Assembly: GCF_036365525.1 (NCBI RefSeq)
Contig: NC_090395.1
Span: 65,249,326-65,313,325 of the forward strand
DNA length: 64,000 nucleotides
DNA from: Heterodontus francisci
Taxonomy: Eukaryota
Reading direction: 5' to 3'
Shown: positions 37,763 to 52,100 of the stretch, piece by piece
Layout: each line of letters starts with the position of its first letter
Numbering within the stretch: the first letter of the stretch is position 1
Notes under the pieces: model-generated
What the model was told of the DNA's origin: nothing
The model's database searches: none
What the model saw: the letters and a program-made list of their open reading frames with translations, nothing else
Translations under genes and position numbers: made by a program

Positions 37763-40189
37763 ATTCATCCTGTAGTCAAATAAACCATTTCCTCTTTCAC
37801 AATAAGGACGAGGTCTGGGGCCAAGTGCAAACGCTGAACCCATGCTCCCCACCCAGAATAAAGGACTGGGGTCTTATTTTAAGTGGTTTGAGACACTTAC
37901 CCCCATTACATTCAGAGACTTAGCAGTAAATTCATGAAATCTCTTTTTCACGCATATTTATGCAACCTCTAATACACAGTATTCACATACAATACTGTTT
38001 TATACTCTTATTACACATTCATACTTCTACAAGCTTACTCACAACATTTATAAAAAGAAAATATTCTCCGCTGATTCTATCACCATGACAACAGAAAAAT
38101 GGCCACTGAGGAAGTTGTAACTTTCCCCCAAATTTCTTTGAAGAATTTAATTTTCTCGAAGTATTTATGTGCAGGACTTAAACAAGCTATGATGTGTATT
38201 CTGATTAACAAGAACACTGGTGAATGAAGCAATTAGAAAAGTTTATAATCCTAAAAGCAGTAATGATACATTTCTCACCCTTCTCTTTTCCAGTGAGAAG
38301 ATGGCTAATTTATATAATTGCTCCTCATAATTCAATCCTTCCATCCCTCCATTCACTCAGTCATTCTGGTTGCTCTCCTCTGCATCCTTTCAGTAGCTGC
38401 AATATCCTTTTGTACCACCTGTCCGTTATATTGGAGGCTTAAATTTGCACCCGAAAATGTACTTAGCATTATCGAGGTTTTAGGCCAATATCTGAGTGCA
38501 TGCCTTAAATGAACAAAGTCGCTCTGCTCCCTCTCTCGATGTGTACTTCTAAATAGCATATCTTGTGAGAACATCACTGGTTGTGCAGTGTGAGAGCAAA
38601 TGTCTTCACACCTTTGACCCTTATCATCTGGAAAAGCTGTATAGCTTGGTAGCTTGATATCAAACTGGTAATTATATATGACGTCAAAGATGAATGTGGA
38701 AAGTAACCAATTTGTCCTATGACCATTATGGTGCAAAGACAGTCGATTGTTCTGTAGTGAAAATACAGTAAAAGAGTTTTGCATAAAGAGGTAACCTGGA
38801 TCTGTGCTGACTGAGGTAAGAAGGACTTCACTTGTAAACAAGTTACTTGTGTAATGTGTACATCACTAGCAGTTTATTAGAACAGACTAGAGAAACAACT
38901 ACACAGTGAGGCCTTTATCTTTTTTTTAATTCATTCATGGGATGTGGGCATTGCTGGCAAGGCCAGCATTTGTTGCCCATCCCTATTTGACCTTGAGAAG
39001 GTGGTGTTGAGCTGCCTTCTTGAACCACCTCGCCCTCCTCCAGATTCTAAACTTAATTTAGGAAGATAATTGACCAGTTCAACAAAACTTTAACAAAGAT
39101 TGGTCTTGGGCTGTTCCTTTGTTTACTTTCTTTCTCACTGAGGCAAATGGAGTTCAAGTGAGCAGAGCGAAAACATCTATGTATTCTCGTATGTGGTTGT
39201 AAATTTCATGGCTTTGCAACCTGATGTAATTTGGTCAATTTGCCTTTTAAAGCACTCTGAAGGGAAGGTATTCTAAAGTGGGTTTTCTTTTTACCTTTGC
39301 TGTTTGTACACGATTAACATTTTTGCAGATTTGAAAAGAATTTACCTTTTTAGGGAGACTAATTCAGGGTGAGCATCTTCTGTCTTGCCAGCATTTGAAG
39401 GAATCGATGTCCTGATACTGCCATCTCCATGTTGCATCTGCTGCTCACAAACTCATCCATGTCCTCCATTTGTATTTTGCTTGTTCTGTGGCTTCCAGGA
39501 TGACTGATGGCAGAAGCCAAATAAATCGCAGCTTGAAAAATGAATAATAAAATTTGAGAAGTATCTGTTAAATGCAGTGTGGTGTAAAAGTCGGAATCAT
39601 ACAGAATGCGTTACTTTGTCTGGTGGTGTGAGCAGGATATTTTGGAGTGATGACAGAGCAGTGACAAACCTGTGCAAGTGCTGCTGGTAAACCCCATTCT
39701 GTGCATGTTATACTAACCTCATGCTCGCAATCCTGTTGGGTGGCTCTTTAGTGTGATGCTTTCCTGTCTTTACCACTCCTGAACCAACATTATGATTCTG
39801 AGGGTGCCGAGCACCCACGTGACCTTATGCCATCTAAGGTTGATATTCTCCATTAGGATTCTTGGCTTAAGTCGCATGTGTGTGTTTCGGAGAGTGGAAC
39901 GATCAATCAGATTGAGTTTATCCTTGAATGTACCACGTTTGTCCTCTAATCTTCATTTTATTTTCTTCCTTCCTCACTGCATTACCCTCACTCGAGCAGT
40001 CCTGTGTTTCAGTTTGTGCCATGCCACCTAACCAGTTTTTTTAAAAGTTGGTGAGTTCCAGGGAATTTGTGATTTTATGGAATTATCCTAGGTCTGCAAT
40101 AATTCTTTATTGGAGCTGTTAAAAAAGTTCTAATACGCGGGAATGAGTGCAATCTTTCAAACGAGGAGTCTGGAAAATTTGAAGGTTTT

Positions 40190-43100
40190 TTAAATTCATT
40201 CATGGGAAGTGGGCATTGCTGGCTAGGCCAGCACTTATTGCCCATCCCTAATTGCCCTTGAGAAGGTGTTGTTGAGAAGGCCTTCTTGAACCACTGCACC
40301 CATATGGGGTTGGTACACTCACAGTGCTGTTAGGAAGGGAGTTCCAGGATTTTGACCCAGTGACAGTGAAGGAATGGCGATTTAGCTCCAAGTCAGGATG
40401 GTGTGTGGCTTGGAGGGGAACTTGCAGGTGGTGGTGTTCCCATGACTTTGCTGCCCTTGTCCTTTAGGTGGTAGAGGTCATGGGTTTGGAAGGTGCTGTC
40501 TGAGGAGCCTTGGGAGGTTGCTGCAGTGCATCTTGTATATGGTACAGACTGCTGCCACTGGTGGTTGGTGGTGGAGGGAGTGAATGTTTGTGGATGGGGT
40601 GCCAAACAAGCCCCCAGTGATCAATCACTCTGGTATACCACAAAGGTGCTGTCAGTCGGGCATTTTAAATTAAATGTTCAACGTTTTGCATTTTGTTTGG
40701 AAGAGTGTTCCTGGAGGAGTGTGGGGCACGAATTATGACATCATGATTTGCTTTGAAAAGTGTCATGGTTTACAAGTTATTCATCTTTCCACGCAGTAAT
40801 TATTTCATTGACAGACTTTGAGGCTGATTTAAGACTCTTCCTTAGTGTTGCACAAAATTTGTTTTCTGAAAACAGCAACTGTTACAGCAGGTTGCTTTAC
40901 CCTTGATGATGTTGAGCTTCTTGAGTGTTGTTGGAGCTGCACCCATCCAGGAAGTGGAGAATATTCCATCGCACTCCTGACTTGTGCCTTGTCGATGGTG
41001 CACAGGGTTTGTGGAGTCAGGAGGTGAGTTACTCGCTGCAGGATTCCTGCCTCTGACCTGCTGTTGTAGCCACGGTATTTATACGGCTCCTCCAGTTTAG
41101 TTTCTGGTCAATGGTAACCCCCAGGATGTTGATAGTGGGGGATTCAGTGATGGTAATGCCATTGAATGTCAGGGGGAGATGGTTAGATTCTCTCTTGTTG
41201 GAGATGGTCATTCTCTGGCACTTGTGTGTCGCGAATGTTACTTGCCACTTATCAGCCCAAGCCTGGATATTGTCCAGGTCGTGCTGCATTTCTACATGGA
41301 CTGCTTCAGTATCTGAGAAGTCGTGAATGGTGCTGAACATTGTGCAGTCATCAGCGAACATCCCCACTTCTGACCTTATGATTGAAGGAAGGTCATTGAT
41401 GAAGCAGCTGAAGATGGTTGGGCCTGGGACACTACCCTGAGGAACTCCTGCAGTGATATTCTGGAGCTGAGCTGATTGACCTCCAACAACCATAACCATC
41501 TTCGTTTGCGCTAGGTATGACTCCAAGCAGTGGAGAGTTTCCCCCCTGATTACCATTGACTCCAGTTTTGCTAGGGCTCCTTGATGCCATACTCAGTCAA
41601 ATGCTTCCTTGATGTCAAGGACAGTCACTCTCACCTCATCGCTTGTGTTCAGCTCTTTTGTCCATGTTTGAAGCCAGACTGTAATGAGGTCAGGAGCTGA
41701 GTGGCGCTGGCGGAACCCAAACTGAGCGTCACTGAGCAGGTTATTGTTAAGCAAGTGCCGCTTGATAGCACTGTCGACGACGCCTTCCATCACTTTACTG
41801 ATGATTGAGAGTAGACTGATGGGGTGGTAATTGGTAGGGTAGGACTTGCCCTGCTTTTTGTGAACAGGACATACCTGGGCAATTTTCCACATTGCTGGGT
41901 AGATGCCAGTGTTGGAGCTGTATTGGAAACACTTTCCTAGGAGTCCGGCAAATTCTGGAGCACAGGTTTTCAGTATTATTGCCAGAATATTGTCAGGGCC
42001 CATAGCCTTTGCAGTAACCAATGCCTTCAGTTGTTTCCTCATATCACGCGGAGTGAATCGATTTGGCTGAAGACTGGCATCTGTGACGCTGGGGACTTCA
42101 GGAGGAGGCCGAGATTGATCATCAACTCGGCACTTCTGGCTGACTATTGTTGCAAATGCTTGAGGCTTATCTTTTGCACTGATGTGCTGGGCTCCCCCAT
42201 CATTGAGGAGGGGATAGTTGTGGAGTCACCTCCTCCATTTAGTTGTTTAATTATCCACCACCATTCGCAACTGGATGTGGCAGGACTGCAGAGCTTAGAT
42301 CTGATCCTTTGTTTAGGGGATCGCTTAGCTCTGTCCACCGCATGTTAAAGGCCTGCTTGGGTCTGCAATTGAAACTCGACCCGAGTCCGACAGCACCGCC
42401 TGACCTGGCCCGAGTCCTTTGTTTTTTTTCCCGCACCCGACCCAACCCGACCCAACCACCAGAATGAAGTTGATTATATTAAAGAGGTTGTGCTCTACCT
42501 TGGATGGAATCGCTCATTGCAGACTAGTGCGGAGTCCGGATGCACGTTTCTCGCCTTGACGTCCTGGCTGTCACTGTGTACGACTCAATCTGAGCCGAGC
42601 CCGAATGCCAGACCCGGAAGAGTATCCTGACCTGACCCGACTCGAAGCCAACACATGTCGTCGGGTCCGGTCGGGTTTGGGTTGGGTAGCCATGATCTAT
42701 CGCATGCTGCTTCCACAGTTTGGCAAGCAAGTAGTCCTGGTTTGTAGCTTCACCAGGTTGACGCCTCATTTTGAAGTATGCCTGGTGCTGCTCCTGGCAT
42801 GCCCTCCTGCACTCTTCATTGAACCAGGGTTGCTCTCCTGGCTTGATGGTAATGGTAGAGTGCGGGATATGCCGGGCCATGAGGTTACAGATTGTGGTTG
42901 AATACAATTCTGCTGCTGCTGATGGCCCACAGCACTTCATAGATGCCCAGTTTTGCATTGCTAGATCTGTTCGAAATCTATCCCATTTAGCACGGTGATT
43001 GTGCCACACAACATGATGGAGGGTATCCTCAATGTGAAGGCGGGACTTCTCCTCACAAAGTCTGTGCGGTGGTCACTCCTACCAATACCGTCATGGACAG

Positions 43101-43620
43101 ATGCATCTACGGCAGGCAGATTGGTGAGAATGAGGTCAGGTATGTTTTTCCCTCTTGTTGGTTCCCTCACCACCTGCCGCATACCCAGTCCAGCAGCTAT
43201 GTCCTTTAGGACTCGGCCAGCTCGGTCAGTCGTGGTGCTACAGAACCACTGTTCACACTGGTGGTGGACATTGAAGTCCCCCACCCAGAGTAGATTTTAT
43301 GCCCTTGCCACCTGCACTGCTTCCTCCAAGTGGTGTTCAACATGGAGGAGCATTGATTCATCAGTTGAGGGAGGGCGGTAGGTGGTAATCAGCAGGAGGT
43401 TTCCTTGCCCATGTTTAACCTGATGCCATGAGACTTCATGGGGTCAAGAGTCGATGTTAAAGACTCCCAGGACAATTCCCTCCTGACTGTACACCTCTGT
43501 GCTGCCACCTCTGCTGGGACGGTCCTGCCGGTCGGACTGAACATACCTGGGGCTTGTGATGGCGGTGTCTGGGACATTGCCTGTAAGGTATGATTCGGTG
43601 CGTATGACTATGTCCTGTAG
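40190..43620 (-). mobile_element. Second copy of the 610-2907 LINE family, degenerate, with insertions at ~40612-40885 and 42346-42699
   Basis: EN (TESYL, GDFNVHH) and RT (KAMGPD, QFGFR, PQGS, FADD) fragments. Confidence 0.9.
42346..42699. mobile_element. hAT-like MITE
   Basis: cccga-rich subterminal repeats; 8-bp near-TSD ccgcatgt/tcgcatgc. Confidence 0.55.
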
Positions 43621-44189
43621 CACTGGTGCTAACAAATGGTGAGAGAGCTGATCCTCTGCCTGCAGAGCCTGTGTTGGGGATCTCTCTTCCTTGAAGCTGG
43701 AACTCTGAGTCTGCCCTGTGGAGCTGCAAGCAGCTGAGGAAAAGGCAGCTGGTGCTGCTGGTGGTGTTGCTCCTGCTGCAGATGTTGATGTTCCTGCTGC
43801 TCTTGCTCTTTGTCAGAGGTGCAAGGTGGGGCTGCACAGACTGCTCCCAAGCTGTGGTGTAGGCTGATGGTGAGTGATGTGTGTTCTGAAAGTACTTTCA
43901 TTTTTTGTTAAATTTTGATGACTTGTGTTTTATTTGGGAAAACTGAAAAGAATTCCATTTGGGGTCAGAAGGCTTGACTCTTCTGATATGCCTTTGGTTT
44001 CGTTTTGGACAGTCAAAAAGGAGTTTAAAAATCAACCTGAAAGACAAAACCCCAGCTCACCCTGTTCCATCTCTTTGAAAAGCATGCCAGTTTTTCCATC
44101 TCTTTGAGAAGGTCTTTGCAGTGAATGTAAGAAATAGAGAAGTTGTGATGCATTCTTCCTAAATGGCCTGTTTGAAACCCTAATAATAA

Positions 44190-44765
44190 TTAGGGCTCGA
44201 GGAAGAGCATCTCAACTACCGACTAGGCACGCTACAGCCTGTTGGACTGAACATTGAGTTCAATAATTTCAGAGCATGACAGCCCCCCATATTACTTTCA
44301 TTTTTAGTTGTTTTTTTCTTTTTTTCTTTTTTACATTTTTTACAATCTTTTTTTGCATTTATTTCATTTCATGTTAGTTTGTTCAGTTTGCTTACCCACT
44401 GTTGTTTTCACGTTTGCACTCGCTGCTGTTCAATATTCAGTCGGTTAATACCTTATCTGTACGAATGCTTTGTCTTTCAACACACCATTAACATATTGTT
44501 TGCCTTTGCTCCATGACCTTTTGGTCAGCTATGTGGCATTGTCCAATCTACACCTTCTCCTTTGTTATCTCTTGCCCCACCCCCACCTCACTTGCTTATA
44601 ACCTGTGACATTTCTAATATTTGTCAGTTCCGAAGAAGGGTCACTGACCCGAAACGTTAACTCTGCTTCTCTTTCCACAGATGCTGCCAGACCTGCTGAA
44701 TGGTTCCAGCATTTCTTGTTCTTATTTCAGATTTCCAGCATCTGCAGTATTTAGGTTTTATTTTA
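44190..44765 (+). mobile_element. Penelope 3' fragment (short termini also at ~34205-34340 and ~55885-56010)
   Basis: Homologous to 8495-9058; hammerhead core mutated to CCGAAGA at 44626-44662. Confidence 0.85.
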
Positions 44766-46071
44766 CTGTTTGAAACCCTGGTTGCTGCATTTGTTCTGAG
44801 ATGCTGGAAAAACCAGCCGGATAAATTCTTGATGCTGCTTGAACAAATTGCTCCAGAAAAGGATCCCAGTGACAGCCGTTTACGCGTATTTGGGCCGCCA
44901 GACCAAAAAGGGACAATGGGCATCTTTCCATATTTTCTCTTTTTTTCTTCAGGAATCAGCAAGTATTTGGCCGAATTATTCTTTTTTGTCTTTTTTTTTG
45001 TAACAGAGCTGTAAAGAAAAAAGTTATTTTTCGGTGTGTGTGGTGTGTCTAAGGTAAAAAGGGAACTTTCATATTTCACACTGGGTGTTCATGCTTCATT
45101 ACTGATTAAGACTTGTTTTGTAATAAACTTAAAATTTTGTTGCTTTTTAAAGAAACCTAGTCGGTGAATTTTATTCTGGGGTAAAGAGTCTATGATTGAA
45201 CCTATCGGTAACTGGGTAAACATTTAATTATGAGTTGTGACCTGTGGAGAAATGGAACTAGAAAAGACAATGCACTCCTCCCACCTCAGCTGGAACAAGT
45301 GCAAGACAGGAGAAGTGACTTCCAAGAAGTTGGCAATCAAATATCAGGCAGTGATAGCATTCGCTGCGAAGGAGTGCTGTGAGTAGCAACCTCTCACCAG
45401 GCCATGGCTGCAGCCCGTCAGTTTTAATGATCAAAGGCTTCCCAGCCTGTCAGTTTCACTGAAGAAGCAATCCCTGCTGTGCACTTGCCTCGGTGACCCT
45501 GACGAGTTCCACACAGCTCAAGACGTAGGTCCACTGGCGGTTAAAGCCAGAATCCTTGGTTAAAAGAGTACTTAATTGCCTATTTGAATATTTAAGTGAC
45601 TTACCTGACAGTTGCACGTGGGTTCCCCTCTCTACCTTAACGATACCTGGGTGAAACCCGGAAGAAGGCAGGATGATGTCGGGATCCTGACCTGACGTGA
45701 CTTTTAGGGGATTTAACTCTCCAGACACACCCAAACCTGCCTCCACTTCCCTGTAAAAACTGCCCCAATCATTTGGTGATAGTTCCAAACCATAATGCGA
45801 CACCTTTTTAACAAGTTAGTGCTGGTTAATGAAAAGTGGGAATCAATTATCTGTTTGAATCCCATCAGTTGTGAATATTTCAAAAAAATAACTGCTCCCT
45901 AACATAAAAATTCAGCAAATCGTAACTCCTCTTTTTATTATCACAGAAATAATTCACACAATTTCTACAGACCTTACAAAGCATTTCATATGGTAATAAA
46001 ATACAAAAACGACAATATTGAAAAATAACTACTGAAAGAAAGTGAAAATATTCTGGACATTCATGTATGAT

Positions 46072-46154
46072 TTAGTGAATTTTCTGTCTTGCCTTCAAAT
46101 GCAGCTCTGATCCATTTGTATTCTCTGTTTCCATATAACCCATCATTTGCTGGC
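46072..46154 (-). CDS. Gene B putative terminal exon (GQQMMGYMETENTNGSELHLKARQKIH*)
   Basis: ttttccag acceptor, phase 1 fits the TM exon, minus-strand AATAAA at 45934-45939. No homology support. Confidence 0.55.
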
Positions 46155-49100
46155 CTGGAAAACTGAATAAAATTTGATTTGAAGCAATTGAGCTTAAATA
46201 ATTGAATTGAATTCACACTTCAAGACATTCTGGCCAAAAATATGTCGATGAGCGGGTGGGTAGGGATATTCTGGTGTAAGTGCTGAGGTTCACCTGCCAT
46301 TACCTCTGCTCTTGATACTGTTTGACTTTCTTGGGGTTCGGGAAGCTTTCTATTGTGCATGTGGGTGCCCACAGCACTAGGGCACATCTTGTGTGCCAGG
46401 TTGCACAACGTAACATATGGTGTCTGGTCCAAGAGAGGAGATGGTGCTCCTTCCCATCCCCTGCTCAAGTTCGCCCTTGTGTGGGAGGAGGGATGCATTT
46501 TTATTGCAAAAGAATTCATTCCGTTCTGGCCGAGACATCCAGGTTTGTTATCTGAGTTAATGGTCTACTGCTATGACAGTTCCATCTTAGGACCATTGGA
46601 AGTCTTCGCTCCTTCCTATGCCTCTGGCTTGATTGGCAGAGACTCAAGGCCCCACCTTAGTTAATTATTGTAAAAGCCTGAGATGGTGCTGCAGAGTTTC
46701 ACGATATATGTGGCGGTAGCACAGAAGCAGAAATTTTACCTTGTTTTGCCCATAGATCAATTATATATTGACAACAATATCACTTGCACTTACATAGCTC
46801 CTTTACTGTAGAAATAGGTCCCAAGATGCTTCACAGGAGCATTATCAAACAAAATTTGACACCAAGCCACATAATGTGATATAAGGCCAGATGAGCTTGG
46901 TCAAAGAGCTCGGCTTTAAGGAGCATCTTAAATGAGAAAAGAGAGGTAAAGAGGTGGAATGGTTTAGGGAGTGAATTCCAAAGGGCCAGCGCCAATGGTG
47001 GAGGAATTATATAAGCACTCAGGTGGCATTAGAAAATTATATGGATAGACTTCATTCGACACACTTGGTCTCAGGTTACACTCCCATGTTTGATACTGGG
47101 TCAAGCAGCAACAAAACTACAGTCAGTTCTGTTCTGTAACCAGTCACATCAGTCAGTAACAGATGTACGTGAGTGATTTGTATCAAAGCCAATTTTGATC
47201 TTTTTCTCTCTTAGATTCCCACATGAAACCGAGAACTCCACACTAACCGGCATTTTTAACCTTTCTGTTGATAAGCACAAATTTCACCGCGAAAAGCCAT
47301 TGTCATAACACTAGAATGATGGCAATGCATCCGTCACAAAACTAATGAGCAGCAGTTATTTTCTTTTGGGTTATTTGCTGCTTTTCTCGGCAAGTTTCAA
47401 ATTGCTTGAGCTTTTGGACTGAAATGAAATAATTTTGAATATTACAGTGATAAGATTTAAAATATTATACCTGGGCCTTCTGCAAAGCATGTGACTGAAA
47501 CTGTGCAAATCACCAGAGCACCAACGAGAAGCCAACGGAATATCGGCCATATACGGTGACTCTTCAGTTTATCATCTCTGATTAAACAAGGAACTATAAT
47601 TAATAAACTACAAAATATTTTATACCTGAAGTTGAGAAATACATTTCAATCACATGGAGACAGGTAGGTGGTGGGATCCCCACCTGCCACCAACTCGCCC
47701 GATTATACACTCTCCCTGCCTTCAAACCTGACACTCTTCCCACCCAGAATGGAGAGGTTGGGAATTTCCCGATCAGTGATCCCTGGAAACTCTGAGTTAT
47801 TTACAGAAATATGGTAACGATGCAGAATATTGATTTCAACTTTTCAGACACTAACCTGTTTGTTCCAGTGCTGTGAAAAGTGGTGAGAGCTTCAGTAGTT
47901 CCTGTTGTCCAGGTGGTTGGGCCTATTATTGACCTGGAGACAACGGGAAGAATTTTAAATTGACAACGCGGCTCTTTGCGGCAGCACCGGAGGTCGTGCT
48001 GTCGCCCCTTTGGTGAAATACAGCCGGGTGACCGTGATCATGCAGCAGCCAGCCAATTAAGGATGGGGTGGGAGGACCCACTGCAATCAAGGACCTGAGG
48101 TGGGAAAGGGACACCAATGCTGCCATCATCTCACACAACGTCAGGTGCTGGCACCAGATATAAAGGGTTGCCAGCCCTGCACTCACTCCTGGATGTAAAG
48201 AAAGCCTTCCCGAGTGCCCTGTGTTGCTCGGACATTGTCTGCTGCCTATGCTGCATAATAAACAAGGTGCTGATTGCAAGCCTGCACTGGCCATGGCTGA
48301 AGGAAGACCCTGGGTGGCCCCACGGATTAGCGATGCCTCCCTGCAGGATCTCCTCCAGGCTGCAAGGGAAAGGCGGGAGGTCCTCTTCCTCAAGGACAGG
48401 AGGAGGAGACCTGCCCTCCTGACCACGCAAGCCTGGACAGAGATTATGGAGGAAGTCAGCAGCCGTGGAGCCACCCCCAGGGCATGGCTCCAGTGCAGGA
48501 ATTGGGGCAATGGCCTCATCCAGGCTAACTGCAAACACTTTGGACCCTTTGGGTATTGCATGTGTCTCAGCTGAGAGAGAGCATTTGGAGGAAAGTGTGT
48601 GGCCACCCAGTCATGTTGATTGGGGAAGAGCAGCAGGACCTGATGCCTGTGGCTGGGCTGCATCTCGATTAGGGGTGCACGTCAGTCATTGTTAAACCCT
48701 ACACAGTCGCTCGGTAGGGGCCGCATGTAGGAGGTGTATGTGTGACCCCATCATGGCCCACTGGACTATCACCATCAGAAGTCAGGGGCATTTTCCCGCT
48801 GGGAGACTAACTTTGTTCATCTTTCTGTCTGCAGCAGAAGACAGCCCCAATAGGAAGGAACATGCCAGCGCTGGACTCCCTTATCTCCATGTCCTCACCC
48901 TGATGTAGGAGGAAGCCATGGAACAGACTGGGCGCAAGGTGACCAGACCAGAGCTGATGGTGAGGCGGGGGCACTGATCCAAGACAGTGAGTGAGCATCG
49001 CCTGGGGTACAAGGGTGTATCTGGTACTAAAGAGCCATAGTGTGCCTGTAATCACCACTGCATCAGTGGAGCTGCACAGTTGGGGTGGTTGGAATGTGAC

Positions 49101-52100
49101 AATGGGCAGATCCTAACCCTTCAATGTCGATGTTTTCTTATGCAGGTAAAGCTGAATGACATGGGAGAGGGGCTGGAGAGACTGGGGGACAGCCGGCCAT
49201 CTCAGAGAAGGAGAAGGGAGCCTCAGAGGTGCACCATCACATCATTCCCACCAACAGGTGAGGCAACAGTGGACAATGGAGGAGCATATCCAGGCCCTGG
49301 GTGCTGCACTCTCTCTGCCAATCACATGACTGGCTCCCTCCATTGCAAGGTTCAGAGGCAGACCTGCACACCATCACTTTGTCTGTGAGCTCTATGAATT
49401 GGTGGCAAGGAGAGAGGGGGATGAGGCATCTGAAGTCTCCACCGGACACATGTCCCTCTCAGGTCAGCAGGGAAGTACAAGCGTGCTTCATAAAGGGGGA
49501 AGGGAAGGAGCAGCTTCCTCCTGAATCAAGGGTCTCCTCTCAGGGTTTTCCTGGTGTGGGCAGTAGCTCCAAAGCCCCTCTGCTAGTGATGCCAGCGCCA
49601 GATTGTGAGGCAGGGGCACCGAGCCAAGACGATGAGTGAGCATCGCCTGAGGTACAAGGGTCATCTCGGATGACAGAGGTGGTCCCTGCACCTGTGCAGG
49701 AGGCTCTCAGTGTTCTGGGGCCCCCCCAGGCTTGAGGTAGCCAGAGGACGACCACATAGGGCATCCCAAACCAGGAGGCAGCAAGGCCAGCTACCAGCCT
49801 GCCTCAGCCTCAGCTGCCAGTGCAGGGGGCAGAACCACATTGGAGAACCCAGAAAAGTATTAAAAAGAGCATCAAAATGCACTTAGGGGATCATGGGTGA
49901 AGATGCAGTTGAGGTGGGTAGTTGTGCATTTTGTGTGACGCTGAATAAAGAAATGATGTTCACTCACTTTCTGTGATGTCCTTTGGGAACTCATTTAAAC
50001 CCTTCCTCCCAAGGAGCTGGTATTGAGGGACCAAGCCCCGAGTGCTCATCCTTTGGCTTTGTCACTATGTGAAGTGCACCTGGGTGCTGCAGTGCGGAAG
50101 GAAGGAGGCGACAACAGGGCTGTTTAAAGGTAAGGCTTTATCGTTGTGGTTCTAGAAGGTGGTAAGGCTCAAAGGAAATGTGAATATAAGGGCGTCTCAT
50201 GCCTCCCTTACGCGTATCTCATGGCACGTGTTCTGCTCTGCTTGGGACCGTTTATCTGGCACTGCTTGGGCAACATCCTCCTCCCCATCCTTGTCATCAG
50301 AAGAGGCATCACACTCCTCAATGGTCATTGTCTCCGCCCCTCAGTAGTGCCAGGTTGTGCAGTGCACAGCAAACCAACTCAATATGCGTAACCCTTGCCA
50401 GGGCATACTAAAGGGCTCCACGGCATCGATCTCGGCACCAATGGCCTGCTCAATTGTTGCTCAGGTTAACACATTGCAAGTGTACCTCTCCTCTGCATCT
50501 GTGTGTAGGTTTCTCTCAGGCATCAGGAGCCATGTTCTCAGTGGACAGGCCTGGTCTCCAAGGACCTATCCCTGAAGGGATGTGGGGCATGGAAAAGGTT
50601 GGGCACCTGTGATTGACTCTTAGTCTGTAGGCATCATGGCTGCTTCCTGGGAGTTGTGCACACACCTGCAAGATCTGTTTGAGGTGGTTACACTCCATAT
50701 GTTCATTGAGTGAGTGGAAGCCCTTCCCATAATGAAGGGAGCAGGCTGGTCAGTGGAAGCCTTGATGGTCACATGCATGCTTTGATGACCCACTGCACCT
50801 GGGGGAATCCAGCGATGGCCCTGAATCCTATAGCCTGTTTGGATCGTTGCGGAAGCACACATAGTCGCCAGCCTTCCTGAATATGGCATTAGTGACCTTC
50901 CTTATGCAGCGATATGCCGCGGACTGGGAGATTCCACGCGTATCTCCAGTAGATCCCCGGAATGATGCAGTGGCGTAGATGTTCAGTGCTACGGTGACCT
51001 TCAGTGCCAAAGACATCAGGTGCCCACCAAGTCCCATCGGGCTCAGATCATCCTGCATCATGGCACACAGAGCATTGAAGGCCTCCCTGGAGAGACAGAG
51101 TCTTCAAAAACACTGCCTCTTGGACATCTGCAAGTAGTTGATTCTCGGCCGGTATACCCTCTCTGAAGGGTAGCTTCTTCTGCCTGCAGAAAGGAGCTGG
51201 TGTGCCCTCTGTATCCTTCTACAAACTCCAGAGCCCGAGGGAGGACCTCCTGTGTACCCCCAGACTGTGGTATGCCCCTCCCAGTTCATGCGCCTCCCTC
51301 CCCTTCTGCTGCTCCTCCTCCTCAGTAGTGGTCTCAAAGCCAGGGTCTCAAAGCCAGGGTGAATGAGGCCCATGAGAGTTTGCTTCTCCCTAAGTACAAG
51401 ACCTTCAAGGTAGATGGACCCCCTCCCCCACCCTCACATCCCCTTACTTGTGACCTCCGATGATGTGGCACTGCCCATATGGTACACTCGTATGGCTTCC
51501 TGCAGTGCTGGCACCTTGGCCCCCTCAGCCTTCACTACCAAGCAGTGCTGCCTCACTTGATTGCTTCCTTGTGATAGGTATAAAAGTCTGAATTAAGTAG
51601 AATTTGGAAATAGTGTATTATGCCTTTTAGAGTTAGAGATTGAATGGATGGTCAGTTTTTAGAATTCACTGCCATTCCCCTTTAAGAAGGTAGAGTTAGA
51701 AAATGTCAAGGTCACTGTTATGAAGCAGAAACAAGTTGGGAAATCCATTTGTGTCTCTGTTGTCAGGACCTTGGAAGATAAACACACACATTGAAATATC
51801 CTGTCAGTAAGAGGTAGCAACAGACTTAATTGGTTTGTGGGTTTGTGCAGACAGGTTGGCTCCAGAGGTTGCTTTGAGGTGCCATGGAAAGGGCAATTAT
51901 AGATAATGAAACAATAAATGGAATGTAGTCACAGGAATAAGAAAGGTTAAGTAAACACAATTATAAACATTTTGACCAGATAAATGCTCACATCTTCAAC
52001 AGCAAAGGAAGTTCATTAAGTGGAAATGCTAATTAAAGATACGGATTTTAAAAGGAAGACAGGAAGGTCACATCTATGCTAAAAGTCAGATGACACTTCA

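Larger units (their letters stand above)
26244..38435. repeat. ~12-kb segmental duplication, copy 1 (gene A promoter to stalk)
   Basis: Near-identical to ~47655-59407; paired ORFs in the provided track; sharp ends. Confidence 0.95.

Noticed and set aside
43457-43901. Gln/His-rich ORFs
   Set aside because: Low-complexity (ctg)n-like sequence abutting a LINE, with no gene structure.
47926-48663. 245-aa minus-strand ORF
   Set aside because: Antisense to the Harbinger Myb gene and broken into pieces in the A copy.
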